Below are positions 50,146-60,583 of a stretch of DNA of 64,000 bases, in pieces. How positions within the stretch are numbered: the first letter of the stretch is position 1; each line of letters opens with the position of its first letter. Position numbers and translations under genes: made by a program. The notes under the pieces are model-generated. The model was given only the letters and a program-made list of their open reading frames with translations, was not told where the DNA came from and did no database searches. Source of the DNA: Candidatus Obscuribacteraceae bacterium (lineage in GTDB: Bacteria > Cyanobacteriota > Vampirovibrionia > Obscuribacterales > Obscuribacteraceae); NCBI GenBank assembly GCA_044229845.1, contig JBGASG010000001.1:1007791-1071790 (forward strand), given 5' to 3'.

Positions 50146-50995
50146 AGTTGACCTTTTCCATTGCCGCGATCTTCACAGACCCCGATGGTAGCGTGTACCG
50201 CCTGGAGGTTTCAAGCCTGGAATGACCGGCTATCTCGGCAACCGTCACGATATCCACGCCAGCCCGTACAAGCCGAGTAAGGCAGGTGTGCCGCAGGCAG
50301 TGGCTACTGAGATCTACCCCCGCATCCCGCCCAAATTGCCGGATAATCTGATCTACCGCTTGCACCGATATTCGGTTGCCTTTCTGGCTGACGAACAAAG
50401 CCGCCGCTGGATCGCTCAGTGGGCGCTGTGCCAGGTAGTCATGAAGGATGCCAGCCAGATCCGAATTAATGGGCACGGTTCTGCGCTTGGCATTTTTGCC
50501 GCACCTGACAATCAATTCCCGCTTCCGAGCGCTTAAGAGAACATCGGCAACGTTAAGCGCAGCCACTTCTGAGATGCGCAGACCGCAATGCAACATGACC
50601 AATGCCAGCGCTTTGTTCCTGGTGGATTTGCTTTGCGCAACCACCTTGATCAGCCGCCGTTGTTCTTCTGGCTCCAGCGCCCGAGGCGCCTGGTTCGGCA
50701 GATCTTGGCGCTTCACCTTGGCCGTTCCCATTCCTTTATATAGGTAGAAGTTGTCGATTGCCGCCAAAGTAGCATTGACGGTGTTTGAAGCCTTACCGGA
50801 TTGCAGCAGCCAGGATTTATAGTCCTGAACAGCGAAGTCTCGGTCAACCGTTTCTGCCAGTGCCTGGGTTCCGTCAGGGCAATCGGCAAGCCACTGAAGG
50901 TATTGCCGCACGCGCAGCAGATAGTTTCTTCTCGTATGGGCTGATATGGGCAGCGTGCTCAGATAGATTTGGTAGCCTTCAAGTTCACCGTGCAT
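50126..50995 (-). CDS. XerC/D-like tyrosine recombinase
   Basis: From ATG 50995 (MHGELEGY) after GAGG; SAM-like N-terminus; GLRISE, GKNAKRR, HCLRH and GHSRLETSRRY. Confidence 0.9.
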   Translation of the reverse strand: MHGELEGYQIYLSTLPISAHTRRNYLLRVRQYLQWLADCPDGTQALAETVDRDFAVQDYKSWLLQSGKASNTVNATLAAIDNFYLYKGMGTAKVKRQDLPNQAPRALEPEEQRRLIKVVAQSKSTRNKALALVMLHCGLRISEVAALNVADVLLSARKRELIVRCGKNAKRRTVPINSDLAGILHDYLAQRPLSDPAAALFVSQKGNRISVQAVDQIIRQFGRDAGVDLSSHCLRHTCLTRLVRAGVDIVTVAEIAGHSRLETSRRYTLPSGSVKIAAMEKVNYGSASS

Positions 50996-51259
50996 GTTCC
51001 AGCACCTCAATGCATTGCCCGGCATCATCATACACACTGTGTGCACTGTGTTAACCGTCCCGAAAATTAAATCAGCGGCGCATGTTGCGCACCTTACACA
51101 CCTTGGTGGCTGGAAAACGGTTGATACTAATGAATATCCCTCGTTTCTTCCCAAATAACGATTGATATTAGTCGGAACTCCTTGGTGTAACCGGCTCAAA
51201 TCGCTTGTGATATTAGGGAGAACCCGTGCAGATTCCAATATCACCCATTTGGAATTTGC

Positions 51260-51278
51260 CGCGTACTGCCTGCCTACT
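51260..51278 (+). repeat. Paired int1-type arm motif near the right end of element 1
   Basis: CGCGTACT-gcc-TGCCTACT with 11-nt spacing, as in the 40532/40543 pair. Confidence 0.5.
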
Positions 51279-51383
51279 GAAATCGATAAGCAACCAAAAG
51301 GCACACTCTGCACATAGTGTGTACAGCCTCTAGTAAGCGTTTCCTGAGGAGATTTCCGCCCCGGGCAGGCAGGTGTACCCTAA

Positions 51384-54235
51384 ATTGGGTTTATGACGGC
51401 ATGTCTCGCGTCGTTTCTGAAACAAACGAACTCGGACAATTCGACTTCACCTATGTAGATGATGGCGTCGGCGTTTCCAAAGGGCAATCACGGCTCGCCA
51501 GCATCGCTTATCCGAATGGTCAAACGACAAACTTCGATTGGTACGGAAATGATCAAGATCAACGCTTGCGCGAGATAAAGAATCTTGATCCGAATTCGCA
51601 GGCTCTTTCTCAATTCAATTACGCACAAGATCCTTCGGGACAGATCACTCGTTGGATGCAGCAGCAAAAGAGTCGGCACCTGGGCTTCGGTTTGGATTAC
51701 GACTCCGCAGGTCAGTTGACCGCAGCGGTGAGCGGCAAGGGTGTTCTACCAGCGCCATTCGCAGACCAGCATTTCTTCTCGTACGACTCGGCTGCAAACC
51801 GCACCGGCGTGCAAACCAGCCAGGTCCAAAATCTGGTAATCGGTGGCAGCAAGACCACCAGCGATGTCATCACAGTCACCGCAACTGACAGCGGCTTGAG
51901 TGGAGGCACCGAGGCTGTCGCGTACACAGTGCTTGCAGGAGACACGCTGACGACGATTGCTGCCAACCTGGCTGCAACGATAACGGCGAACTCTGATTGC
52001 CAATCGGCTGGAATTGATGCCATTTCGAGTGGAACAACTGTGACGCTGCGGTCGAAATCGCCAAATGTCACGACATTCACCACCAGTTTAAGTGGTGGCG
52101 CGACAGAAACCGCCAGTCTTGGTGTGAATGCCGCCGTGCATAACGCCACTATCGGAGGAACACCAACCACCAGCGACGTTGTTCAAATAACTGTCCACGA
52201 CCCAGCTCTCGGCGGTGGTTCGACTAGTGTCAGCCGCACCGTCCAGGGTGGAGACACGGTAACTTCCATTGCCACTGCTCTGACTTCTTCCATTAATGGA
52301 AGCGGCAGCCTTTCCGGAGCCGGCATCACTGCGACATCTAATGGTCCAGTGATCGCCATTCAATCACTCTCGCCAAACGTGACGACCTTCACCAAGTCGG
52401 TGTCGGGCGCAGGCACGGAAACTGTGACTATGGGCCCAAGCCTCAACGGCACAGTCAAAGCATTGATCGGCGGGAGTAAGACGACAGCAGATGTCTTGAC
52501 ACTCACGGTCTTCGATGCAGGCTTGTCCAGCGGACAGAAAGGCGTCTCTTATACGGTTCAGAGCGGAGACAACCTGACCTCAATTACGAGCGGGTTCGCC
52601 TCGGCAATCAACGCTGACACCGATCTGCAAGGCATAGGAGTAACCGCTAGTTCTTCCGGCACTCTCCTGACTGTCAATTCTGTTTCGAGAAACGCAACCA
52701 GTTATCTTCCGTCGAGAAGTACTAGCGCAACCGAAACCATTCTCTGGGACCTCCCAGCGAACGGCACGGTGACGGCTGTTATCGGCGGGACCAAGACAAC
52801 AGGAAATGTACTCACGATAACGACCTACGACGCTGGTTTGGCTGGCGGCTCTAAAGCCGTCAATTACACGGTCCAGAGCGGCGACACTTTAAATTCCATC
52901 GCTTCGGGATTGGCGACTAACATCAATGCCGACACAGACCTCCAAGGGATAAGTGTGTCCGCTGTTGCGGTCACTCCGACCTCTGGCGTCTCGGTCGTCA
53001 ACCTGATTTCAGCGTCCAAGAACGCGACCACATATGCCAAGTCCCTGAGCGGAGGAGCTACCGAGACGATTGCGCTAAGCAAAAACGTCGGCAACGCTGT
53101 CGACATGCCGACATCTCAGAGTTTCTCTGGGAACGCGTCGCTGTCGTGGGGGAGTAACAGTGTCAACGTCAGCGCCACTGCTGGCGGCGGAAGTGGTACA
53201 ACTACAAATACCCAAAAGCTAGAGGTGGTGGGGGCTGGCAGCCAGACGCTGACCTACGACAACAATGGCAATTTAACCAGCGACGGAACGAATTCCTTCG
53301 CATGGGATGCCGAGAATCGCCTGATTCAGATCACTTACCCCGGAATGAATAATAAGACAGAGATGACTTATGGTCCGACCGGCGGGCGGGTGAAAATTGT
53401 AGAAACGGTGTCCGGCTCCGTGACCAGTACTAAGCAGTTCATTGGCGGCGAAGAGCGCGATGGCAGCGGGAATGTGACTAAGCAATTCTTCTCTGAAGGA
53501 CAAATTAGTGCCACTACGAATTACTTCTACAGCTTCGACCACCTTGGTTCAGTTCGCACGCTAACCGACGATAGCGGCGTCGTACAGTCCGATTGCAGCT
53601 TCGATCCTTTTGGTCGGACAACAAAGCTGCAGGGATCGCAAGACAGCGATTTCGGCTACGGTTCGATGTACATACACGCCAGAAGCGGACTCCATTTCAC
53701 ACGATTCAGAGCCTACAGTCCTGTGTTAGGAATATGGCTCAGTACGGACCCAGTTGCCGCCAAACAGAGTTATGACTTCGTGGCCGGCGACCCCATCAAT
53801 CTTACGGATCCATTGGGGTTAGCACCGACTCCGCGGCAGATTGTTTGCCCTTGCGGCAGAATCGTAGAGCTCACAGCGGCTGCTGTTGCGCACATCACAC
53901 AGCGGCACGGACCTGGTCAAGAACCTCAAGGTCCGAACGTTGAACCTCGTGGTAACTTCACAAATGAGTCCTGGTTGCCTCAGATCATTGACCGCATTAT
54001 TCAAGAGGCCGTCTGTGGCACCAGAGTCACACATCAAGCCAACGGAAGAGATGCTTATCGTGTTAGCGGCCGCGTTTGGACGAGGGTGGATGGTGTCCCG
54101 GTTCCTGAGCCTCCGCCTAGAGCACCTGGAGTCGTCTTCCCACCTGGCGGGTACGGACCTCCGGCACCGACGGACACTGTCGTGGTTGTCGTTGATCCGA
54201 CTACAAACACTATCATCACAGCGTACCCAGAATAG
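51384..54235 (+). pseudogene. 5'-truncated Rhs2 (orphan module) with a putative nuclease-type tip
   Basis: Homology to Rhs1 begins abruptly at 51384 (= 36558); frame open to the stop; tip after DPLGL contains HITQRH...IITAYPE. Confidence 0.88.
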
Positions 54236-54287
54236 TCCGACGTGGACTCGTGAGATCTGGAGTAGAATGACTAAGTGACAGCGAAAG

Positions 54288-54836
54288 GTGACACGGGTGC
54301 AGAACTCAATTCTAACGCTTGATATAGAACTGTCTGCGTGGATTCTTGCAGACGGAAATTATGAGTTCGTTTCATTCGCAGTTGGAAAGACGGCTAAGTT
54401 CGCTTTGGAGTTTTGCCAGAAAGGTTACTCCCTGAGTACTGAACCTTTGTCGCTCGTCGCATCAACCACACCTTCCTTTTACGAGGCTACAGCTGACGTC
54501 GTTTATCGTGATGAATCAGCCTGGATATTGGACTTCGGACCCGTATCGGCGTACAGGACCGGCGCAAGCCCCGTGGACTTTGGCCAGCGGATCAAGAGTG
54601 AGATTAGTCTGCACATCGACCCATTTCAGTACTACGAGTCCTTATCGAAACTTGAGAATATTCCGCCGCTGATCTATGAGTGGCAATTAGTCGGTATCGA
54701 TATGTGCGTGAATGCGCCAGAGCAATTTATTGCAGTGGAGAAAATCGACCTTCAGAGTGACCGGCGAAACGGATCAACTGATAGTTACATTCTTCATTGT
54801 TCTCTTCAATCCGAAACAGCGACCAAGGTTTTCTAA
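54288..54836 (+). CDS. Candidate immunity protein for the Rhs2 tip
   Basis: 182-aa acidic ORF co-oriented directly after the toxin tip. Confidence 0.6.
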   Translation: MTRVQNSILTLDIELSAWILADGNYEFVSFAVGKTAKFALEFCQKGYSLSTEPLSLVASTTPSFYEATADVVYRDESAWILDFGPVSAYRTGASPVDFGQRIKSEISLHIDPFQYYESLSKLENIPPLIYEWQLVGIDMCVNAPEQFIAVEKIDLQSDRRNGSTDSYILHCSLQSETATKVF

Positions 54837-54942
54837 AGGTGCCTTCACCCACCGTTTGGAAGCGGATTGCTCTGCACTGCGAGCGAGTCGGACCGATTGA
54901 AGTCGCGATGTTATTGTCCAGCTTCAGCCTTACTTAGCGGCA

Positions 54943-56240
54943 GCAGGTTAAAGCAGGATAACATCCCGCTAAAAGCACACCCCGTGCCCATTACGCCGTT
55001 TGCAATTACTTTGCAGTTGTTATCGGCGGCAGCAATGTCTCGCACGGCAGACCCTTTCATAGTTAAAGCGGGAATGGACGATCCAGCGATAGCTCCCTGC
55101 AGTCCGGGTTCCAGGCAAATCAGAACGCGAAAATACTTCGCCGCCGCTCGGCGGAGGCGATGGTTGCCATGTTGCGACAGAGCCTGGCGTCGAGCCACCA
55201 GCGGCAGCACGAGCCTTCCAGGTCCCTTGGCGAGGCCACGGCGACGGTCAGCGAGCAGCATGCGCGCATGTTCGTCATTCTTTTTTCAATCCTGTGAGCG
55301 AAGGCGAACAGCAGGATAAAGCGATGATTTCATTTCGGCGTATGCACCGCAGGCGGTGCCTTGCCAGGGTTTCGGAAAGTACCCCACGTAATGCCGGGTA
55401 CCCCAAACAGGCTCCTGGAGGCCGCTGAACGGCAGTCGCCCATCAGTGCTGTGATTGAGGCACCATACTCCTGGCTTTCTCTTCCTTTCACGGCTTGCAC
55501 CTCGATGGCTCTAGCTCTCCGGCACTATATGTGGTGGCGTTCCAGGAACCATCCGCGATTTCCTGCGTCAACGGGAACTGACGAGCTTACGCGTCATCTC
55601 TCCTCGCTCTCAATTGAGGAGCCCAGCAAGCGACTTGCTTGCATCAACGTCCAAGCGCACTGCGCGCGTGTTCAGAGGTATGAATGCGTTTAAAACAAAT
55701 CTGTGTTCGCTTCCCCAAGGAGATGACAGAAGAAGTCACCCGGCTGGCCAAAGCGAACGGACTCACGCCCTCGGAAATGGTTCGTGTGCTGGTCCGCGAC
55801 GGAATCGTCGTCCGGGCGGAGGCAACTACCAACTCCCAGTTCGACTACGTAGAGAAGCGTCTGCGGCGAATGGAAGACCGATTCGCTGGCTGGATGATCA
55901 AACTCAGCAAAGCCATCTCGATGGTCTGGTTCTTCGTCGAGGAACTTGCGCTCTACGAAGTCGATGAAAACGACCAAATAGCATTGAAGGAAGCCGCAAA
56001 AGGCTTCGCGAGGCAATTTCTGCAACAAAAGACTTCCAGCCATCTCAAAGATGACCAGGAGCATCTGGACCAGGAATAGCAAGCCCGAGGAAGCCACCGA
56101 AAGCGTACCGCGCACTCAAACGGTGCCAAGGGCGGTTTCAGTGACTCCAAGGCTGCAATCAGCCTGACTTTCGGCGGTTCCACACCAGCCGCCGGAATCG
56201 ATCCGCTAAGCATCCATCCAGTAGTAGCGCGCGCCTGCGC
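54943..56240 (+). repeat. 1.3-kb module, copy A (conserved non-coding region + RHH gene)
   Basis: Colinear with 62596-63881 from GCAGGTTAAAGCAGGATAAC to GTAGCGCG(CG)CCTGCGC. Confidence 0.9.
55684..56079 (+). CDS. RHH (CopG/TrwA/MobC-like) protein, copy A
   Basis: QICVRFPKEMTEEVTRLAKANGLTPSEMVRVLVRDG; 131 aa; near-identical paralog at 63337. Confidence 0.7.
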   Translation: MRLKQICVRFPKEMTEEVTRLAKANGLTPSEMVRVLVRDGIVVRAEATTNSQFDYVEKRLRRMEDRFAGWMIKLSKAISMVWFFVEELALYEVDENDQIALKEAAKGFARQFLQQKTSSHLKDDQEHLDQE

Positions 56241-56380
56241 CATGCCCGGCTCAAGCCAAGCGGCGGACCCCTAGTGTCAAGGCTAAACCGCTTCGCGGTG
56301 GCTCCTTCGTCGCCAGCCTTGCACACCAGGGACCCGGTCCGCCGCTATTCGGGCATGAGGGCATGGCGTCTTGGCGCGCG
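56228..56380. other. Long GC-rich branched hairpin (sso/ssi-like)
   Basis: Nested complementary arms: CGCGCGCC/GGCGCGCG, CATGCCCG/CGGGCATG, AGCGGCGGACC/GGTCCGCCGCT and CAAGGCT/AGCCTTG, with inner TTCG-loop hairpins. Confidence 0.7.
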
Positions 56381-56453
56381 AATTTCTCCGAAGCCTCAAG
56401 CCTGGAAACGCACTGCCCATCGCCCATCCGGAACATTAGATTTTTTCCGAACT

Positions 56454-56473
56454 GCATACATTGTGCATACAAG
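56454..56473 (+). repeat. Paired GCATACA repeat upstream of the original int2 start (arm-type site)
   Basis: GCATACA-TTGT-GCATACA-AG; recurs at 60481-60500. Confidence 0.7.
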
Positions 56474-56585
56474 ACTTTTTTGCCCACCCCAAAATTCAAA
56501 GGCGCACGAATGCCCAAATGTGTGCGTCCGGTTCTTCACGTCCTAGGAAATTAAGGCGTGGCGTGGTTTCCTAAGGTAGTGAAAT

Positions 56586-58055
56586 TCAGGAGACTTTGTT
56601 TTGGTTTGGCGTCCACCGGTCCGGAAGAAGCTGCTCAAGCTCGCTGGTCTTCATGGAGTTGATGCGCGTAAACACGTCGGTGAGGTATGCACGTGGGTCG
56701 ATCTTGTTGCGCTTCGCAGAGGCAATGAGTCGGGAGAATGGCAATCGACTTACGCCAGCGTCCGAGCCTGCGAACGGAAGTGCCGATCAATCACAGAGTC
56801 TTTTTGATTTCTCACTTGCCTCAACGGCGTTGTTGTCGATAGTGATGGCAGGATCTTCGAAAGCGAGTGAGCGCCTGCCAGTGGTGAGAGCGTGTACAGT
56901 ACGGCGCGCATGACTGGATGTTTAGGAATTTCGATTTCTCACTAAGAGAGAGAACCAGGGCGTGAAGCTGCCCAACGAGTGGCTTCGATCGTGCTCGTCG
57001 CTCGGCCAGCTTCACTCCGCAGGACTCCGCGCGTCTTGATCTCCGCTTCGATGTCGTAAAGTTCGTGATAGATGTCCAGGATCGGGTTACAGCTTTGAGG
57101 ATCAATCACCAGCACTTCGTAGTACTTCTGCGCGAATGGGCGTTTAACCGGCTCGACTTTGATTGCCATCCTCGTACAGCTTGTCGAAGCCTTTGCGGCG
57201 TCCGGCTTGTACGATGCCGACAAACTGTTCGAGGAATGCAATGTTCCTGGTGAAGGTTGATCCGGAGAGAAGTCGAAGAGGCTACAAACTGCGATTCTCA
57301 TCCCCGCGGTAAACAGTCATTTGCCTTTGCGCAACGTGGCTTCCGGTCTCCGGATCTTGGTTCGCTGTCGTCCGTCTGTACGAGAAAGAGCAGGCGTCGA
57401 GTAACGAGATCGTACAGGGTTCAACAATAAACGAGGCAGCCAGCATCCAGTCGCCTGAGTGGACCGCGGTATGGTGGCACTCGCGTTTATCTTTTCTGTC
57501 TGTAGTTTGGAAGCCCGTCTGCAAGCTTGTTCACACAGACGTCCGCGAGCAGTCAGGTCCGGCGTAGCTGCAGGAATTGGCGAACAAGGTTTTTCTGCAG
57601 TGACGATGTACTTCCTACACTTCGGGCACGCCCGAACTTCCTGCTCATGCTGCGAATGTTTGAGCGTTTGAGTCAAGCGCTCCAACTGGTGGGTCCTTCG
57701 GTGCCGACGAAAACAGTGTCAACGATGCAGTGGGAGACAGGTTGCATCTTCCGGCTTAACGGTATGCGGAACAATCTCCGGGAAGGTTTTGCGGGAAGAT
57801 AATGCTTGATGTGATTGCGTGGTTTTGGAGTCGACTTTTCCTTAGCCGTCGGAGACAATTCGACAGCGGTGCCGGCGCGGATTGTGTCGTTCAGTCTTGT
57901 TGCCAAAGTCCTTGCGATTCAATTTTTGAATTGGACGATAAGGATGTCGAGTTTTTCTGGAGATCCTTCGCAGAGCGCGCGCAGCTCGCGCGACTGGCGT
58001 CATTAGCTTCTTGGAGCTGCTTCTCCATACGGTCAAAAAGCACGGAGCCGGGCAT
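56586..58055 (-). pseudogene. tnpC: IS66 transposase TnpC, multiply frameshifted
   Basis: Fragments FGNKTER, ACPKCRKYIVTAEKPCSPIP, TIDNNAVE and ELEQLLPDRW lie in different frames. Confidence 0.82.
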
Positions 58056-58339
58056 TTTTCTTTTTCTGAGGCGCGTATTTCGGAATGTTCGGATTTTGGC
58101 ACGGCAAATACCTGAGTGGTACCGTATATGGGTACTACTCAGGGTGACAAATTGCAGCTTAGATCTGGCTGATCCAGCTTACACCACACGCGGCGGCGAT
58201 ACCAGCGTCCGCATAGGAGGTATTATCGGCACACTCCGCGTTTCTCGGAAGTGCCACCGGATGGCGATCGGATATTTTGCTCACCTCACGGCGGGTACTT
58301 TTGGGGTGGCTTTTGGCTTGATCCCGGGCTTTCCCGGCG

Positions 58340-58679
58340 GTAGCGCTTCGGTCTATTCCTGGGAATCGGTGTCGATGCCGCCAGAAGCAGGAGAAGGTCG
58401 GATCGTTCCATCTCCGGTAGCCTGCTGCGCCGTTCCACAGGCCACCTCTGGAAAACGGAATGTTCCGACTTCGGACGCTTTGCAAAATGGCAAAGCCGTC
58501 GGGAATCCCTGAAGAATTTTGATGAAGTCCCGCGCCGACTGCGGAGAAACAGCGATCGAAATGGATCCGCGAATTACGAGCGATTGAACAAGTCGAACAG
58601 TCCGTCGAACGAACGCCGCATGTCGACCGGCTTTGTGCAAACGAAAATCCGCACCAGTGGTGACAGAAGAGTTAAACAC
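58340..58679 (-). pseudogene. tnpB: IS66 accessory TnpB, frameshifted
   Basis: IFVCTKPVDMRRSFDGL, IKIL, FCK..EVGTFRFP, DLLLLL and GID fragments. Confidence 0.8.
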
Positions 58680-59119
58680 TACGATTTCTCAGTGTGGTGA
58701 TTACCGAAGCGAGGAAGTCTGGAAGAACCTGACGGCGATCGAAAGAGTGATACCACTGGGTAGAATGATTTCCAACACCGTTAGTTGCGGCGGAAAGATC
58801 CTCTAACCTGCGTAGCTCGACCAGCCTCACTTCCCGGAATTCGAACTCCTGGGGGCCCCGGACCTCGCGTGGCAGAGACGGTCCACTTCCGTTTCCGTCC
58901 CGTCCCCGGTGTTTGCGACGCTGCAAGGAACTGATCCAGAGTGGATTTCGTGTTGCAAGCCGCCGGTAACCTTCACGAAGGGTAAGTCATACCTCCCCGT
59001 GCAACTCCAGATCGCCAGCATTGTTGGGAGAGACGCCGAGATCTCGGCAGCTTCGTTCCGTGTCAGGAGTACGTCGCCGCGTCGCCCGGGTACCTATCCG
59101 TTTTTCTTGCTCGTGCCAT
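58672..59119 (-). pseudogene. IS66 accessory TnpA remnant
   Basis: Position between the left IR and tnpB; CRDLGVSPN and QVLPDFLASVITTLR fragments. Confidence 0.5.
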
Positions 59120-59223
59120 GGCTTGCCCTCGGATACTCTTAGTGCAAGCGCTCTTCGCAGCTTCGAACTGGCAGCGCCGCATGTGCAATTAGCAAACCAC
59201 GGCGACGCAAAATTGCCTACGAC

Positions 59224-60447
59224 GTGGACTACCGGACGCACACGCCCAAATTGACCAAATTTTTCGTGGCGAATGCCAAGCCCCCAGAGAAGGGGCAGAT
59301 TATCTATCGCGATACGGCGGTAGTCGGCTTAGGTCTGCGCGTTACGCCCACCGGCTGCAAGAGCTATGTGGTAGAAGGTCGGGTGAACGGAGTGTTCCGC
59401 CGAATCAGCCTGGGCAGAGAAAATGAGTTGACGCCGACCGCTGCGCGAAAGAAGGCGCAGAAACTGCTGGCGACGTTGGCCGCCGGCAAGGACCCCACCA
59501 TCGAGAGAGCTAAGAAGAAGATCCGAGGAGTGACGTTGCAGGAAGTTTTTGAGCACTACCTGTCCGTGCGAAACCTGCGTCCGAACACAGTGCGGACCTA
59601 TAGAAACATGTTGCCGCGGTGCGTGGGTGACTGGCTCGCGCTCCCGGTGGTAGCGATTACCAGAGAGATGGTCGAGCAGCGTCACATGGATCTGCGCCGC
59701 ACCACGAGACAAGGCACAACAGGCGAAGCCCAGGCGAACACCGTCATGCACATTCTGGGTACGCTTCTCAACTTCGCTGCCGCTAACTACGAGATCGACG
59801 GCAAGCCAATCATCCTCGTCAATCCGATCAAGCGCCTGTCGAATAACCGCCGCTGGTATCCCGAGCAGCGTCGACAAACAATCATCCCGGACCACAAGTT
59901 GCCAGCCTGGTACAACGCCGTCATGTCGCTTCGGCATGAAACCGTCAGGGACTACCTGTTGCTGCTGCTGTTCACTGGGCTTCGCCGCAACGAGGCAGCC
60001 ACCCTGACCTGGTCTGACATCGATTTCGAGTCGAAGGTCCTAGTCATTCGTGCCACTATAGCGAAGAACGGCAAAGAACATCGATTGCCGCTAAGCGACT
60101 TTCTCTTCGAACTGCTGCAGCGCCGCTATCCAGAGAGAGGCGAATCGGAGTTTGTTTTCCCGGGGCGCGGCAGCAAGGGACACCTGGTCGATTCCGATCA
60201 TGTGATTCGCGGTGTAGCCGAGAAAGCGCAGTGCCCCTTCACGCTCCACGATTGTCGCAGAACTTTTTTGACGGTCGCGGAGAGGCTGGCGCTATCCTAT
60301 GTGGTGCTCAAGAAACTCGCGAATCACTCAGGAAAAAATGACACCACCTTCGGATATGTTGTGGTGGATGTCGAAAGACTTCGTGAGCCCATGCAAACCA
60401 TCACAAATGAATTTCTAAGACTGTGTAAGCCCAGCATCGCAGAGTAA
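59224..60447 (+). CDS. Tyrosine integrase int2 (paralog of int1); native start at 56510 separated by IS66
   Basis: YRDTAVVGLGLRVT arm domain; TGLRRNE, HDCRRT and NHSG...TFGY intact. Removing the IS and one TSD copy restores ATG CCC AAA TTG ACC (MPKLT; int1 is MPRLT). Confidence 0.9.
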   Translation: MDYRTHTPKLTKFFVANAKPPEKGQIIYRDTAVVGLGLRVTPTGCKSYVVEGRVNGVFRRISLGRENELTPTAARKKAQKLLATLAAGKDPTIERAKKKIRGVTLQEVFEHYLSVRNLRPNTVRTYRNMLPRCVGDWLALPVVAITREMVEQRHMDLRRTTRQGTTGEAQANTVMHILGTLLNFAAANYEIDGKPIILVNPIKRLSNNRRWYPEQRRQTIIPDHKLPAWYNAVMSLRHETVRDYLLLLLFTGLRRNEAATLTWSDIDFESKVLVIRATIAKNGKEHRLPLSDFLFELLQRRYPERGESEFVFPGRGSKGHLVDSDHVIRGVAEKAQCPFTLHDCRRTFLTVAERLALSYVVLKKLANHSGKNDTTFGYVVVDVERLREPMQTITNEFLRLCKPSIAE

Positions 60448-60480
60448 GCCTGAAATGGCGTTCGCCGCTTTTTGCGGCCC

Positions 60481-60500
60481 GCATACAATGAGCTTACAAG
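60481..60500 (+). repeat. Second int2-type paired repeat, downstream of int2
   Basis: GCATACAATGAGCTTACAAG matches 56454-56473 at 17 of 20 positions. Confidence 0.7.
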
Positions 60501-60583
60501 GCTTCCGCACCTCAGCACAATAGCGACCGGAAACCATGCGCCGCTGCACCTTGGCACCACCGGCGATGCGCACGCGTTCAAAA

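Larger units (their letters stand above)
40532..51383. mobile_element. Integrative phage-satellite (PICI/P4-like) element 1
   Basis: Integrase, defence cargo, XRE, AEP primase, SF3-like helicase, AlpA-like HTH and XerC-like recombinase; arm-like repeats at both ends; no capsid or tail genes. Boundaries approximate. Confidence 0.72.
56520..59243 (-). mobile_element. IS66-family insertion sequence (2724 bp) inserted in the first codons of int2
   Basis: Terminal IRs GTGTGCGTCCGGTtcttCACGTC (56520-56542) and GACGTGgactACCGGACGCACAC (59221-59243); 8-bp TSD GCCCAAAT at 56512-56519 and 59244-59251; tnpA/tnpB/tnpC remnants. Confidence 0.92.

Noticed and set aside
50996..51383. Upstream extensions of the XerC-like ORF and of the Rhs2 ORF
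   Set aside because: No family similarity; the region is AT-richer and looks regulatory or att-like. The Rhs3 extension 60472-60583 is rejected likewise for lacking rhs similarity.
54867..55693. ORFs in the non-coding part of the duplicated module
   Set aside because: Frames are not preserved between the two copies (stops, indels, mostly non-synonymous changes).
57802..58512. 236-aa plus-strand ORF inside the IS66
   Set aside because: Antisense to tnpB/tnpC remnants with no recognisable motif.
59215..59232. GCCTAC/GACTAC pair at the apparent int2 start, resembling int1 arm repeats
   Set aside because: It lies in and beside the IS66 terminal repeat, so it belongs to the IS. The int2-associated motif is GCATACA.
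59242..59244. Apparent ATG-to-ACG start codon mutation in int2
   Set aside because: The ACG is formed by the IS end plus the TSD; the real ATG is at 56510.
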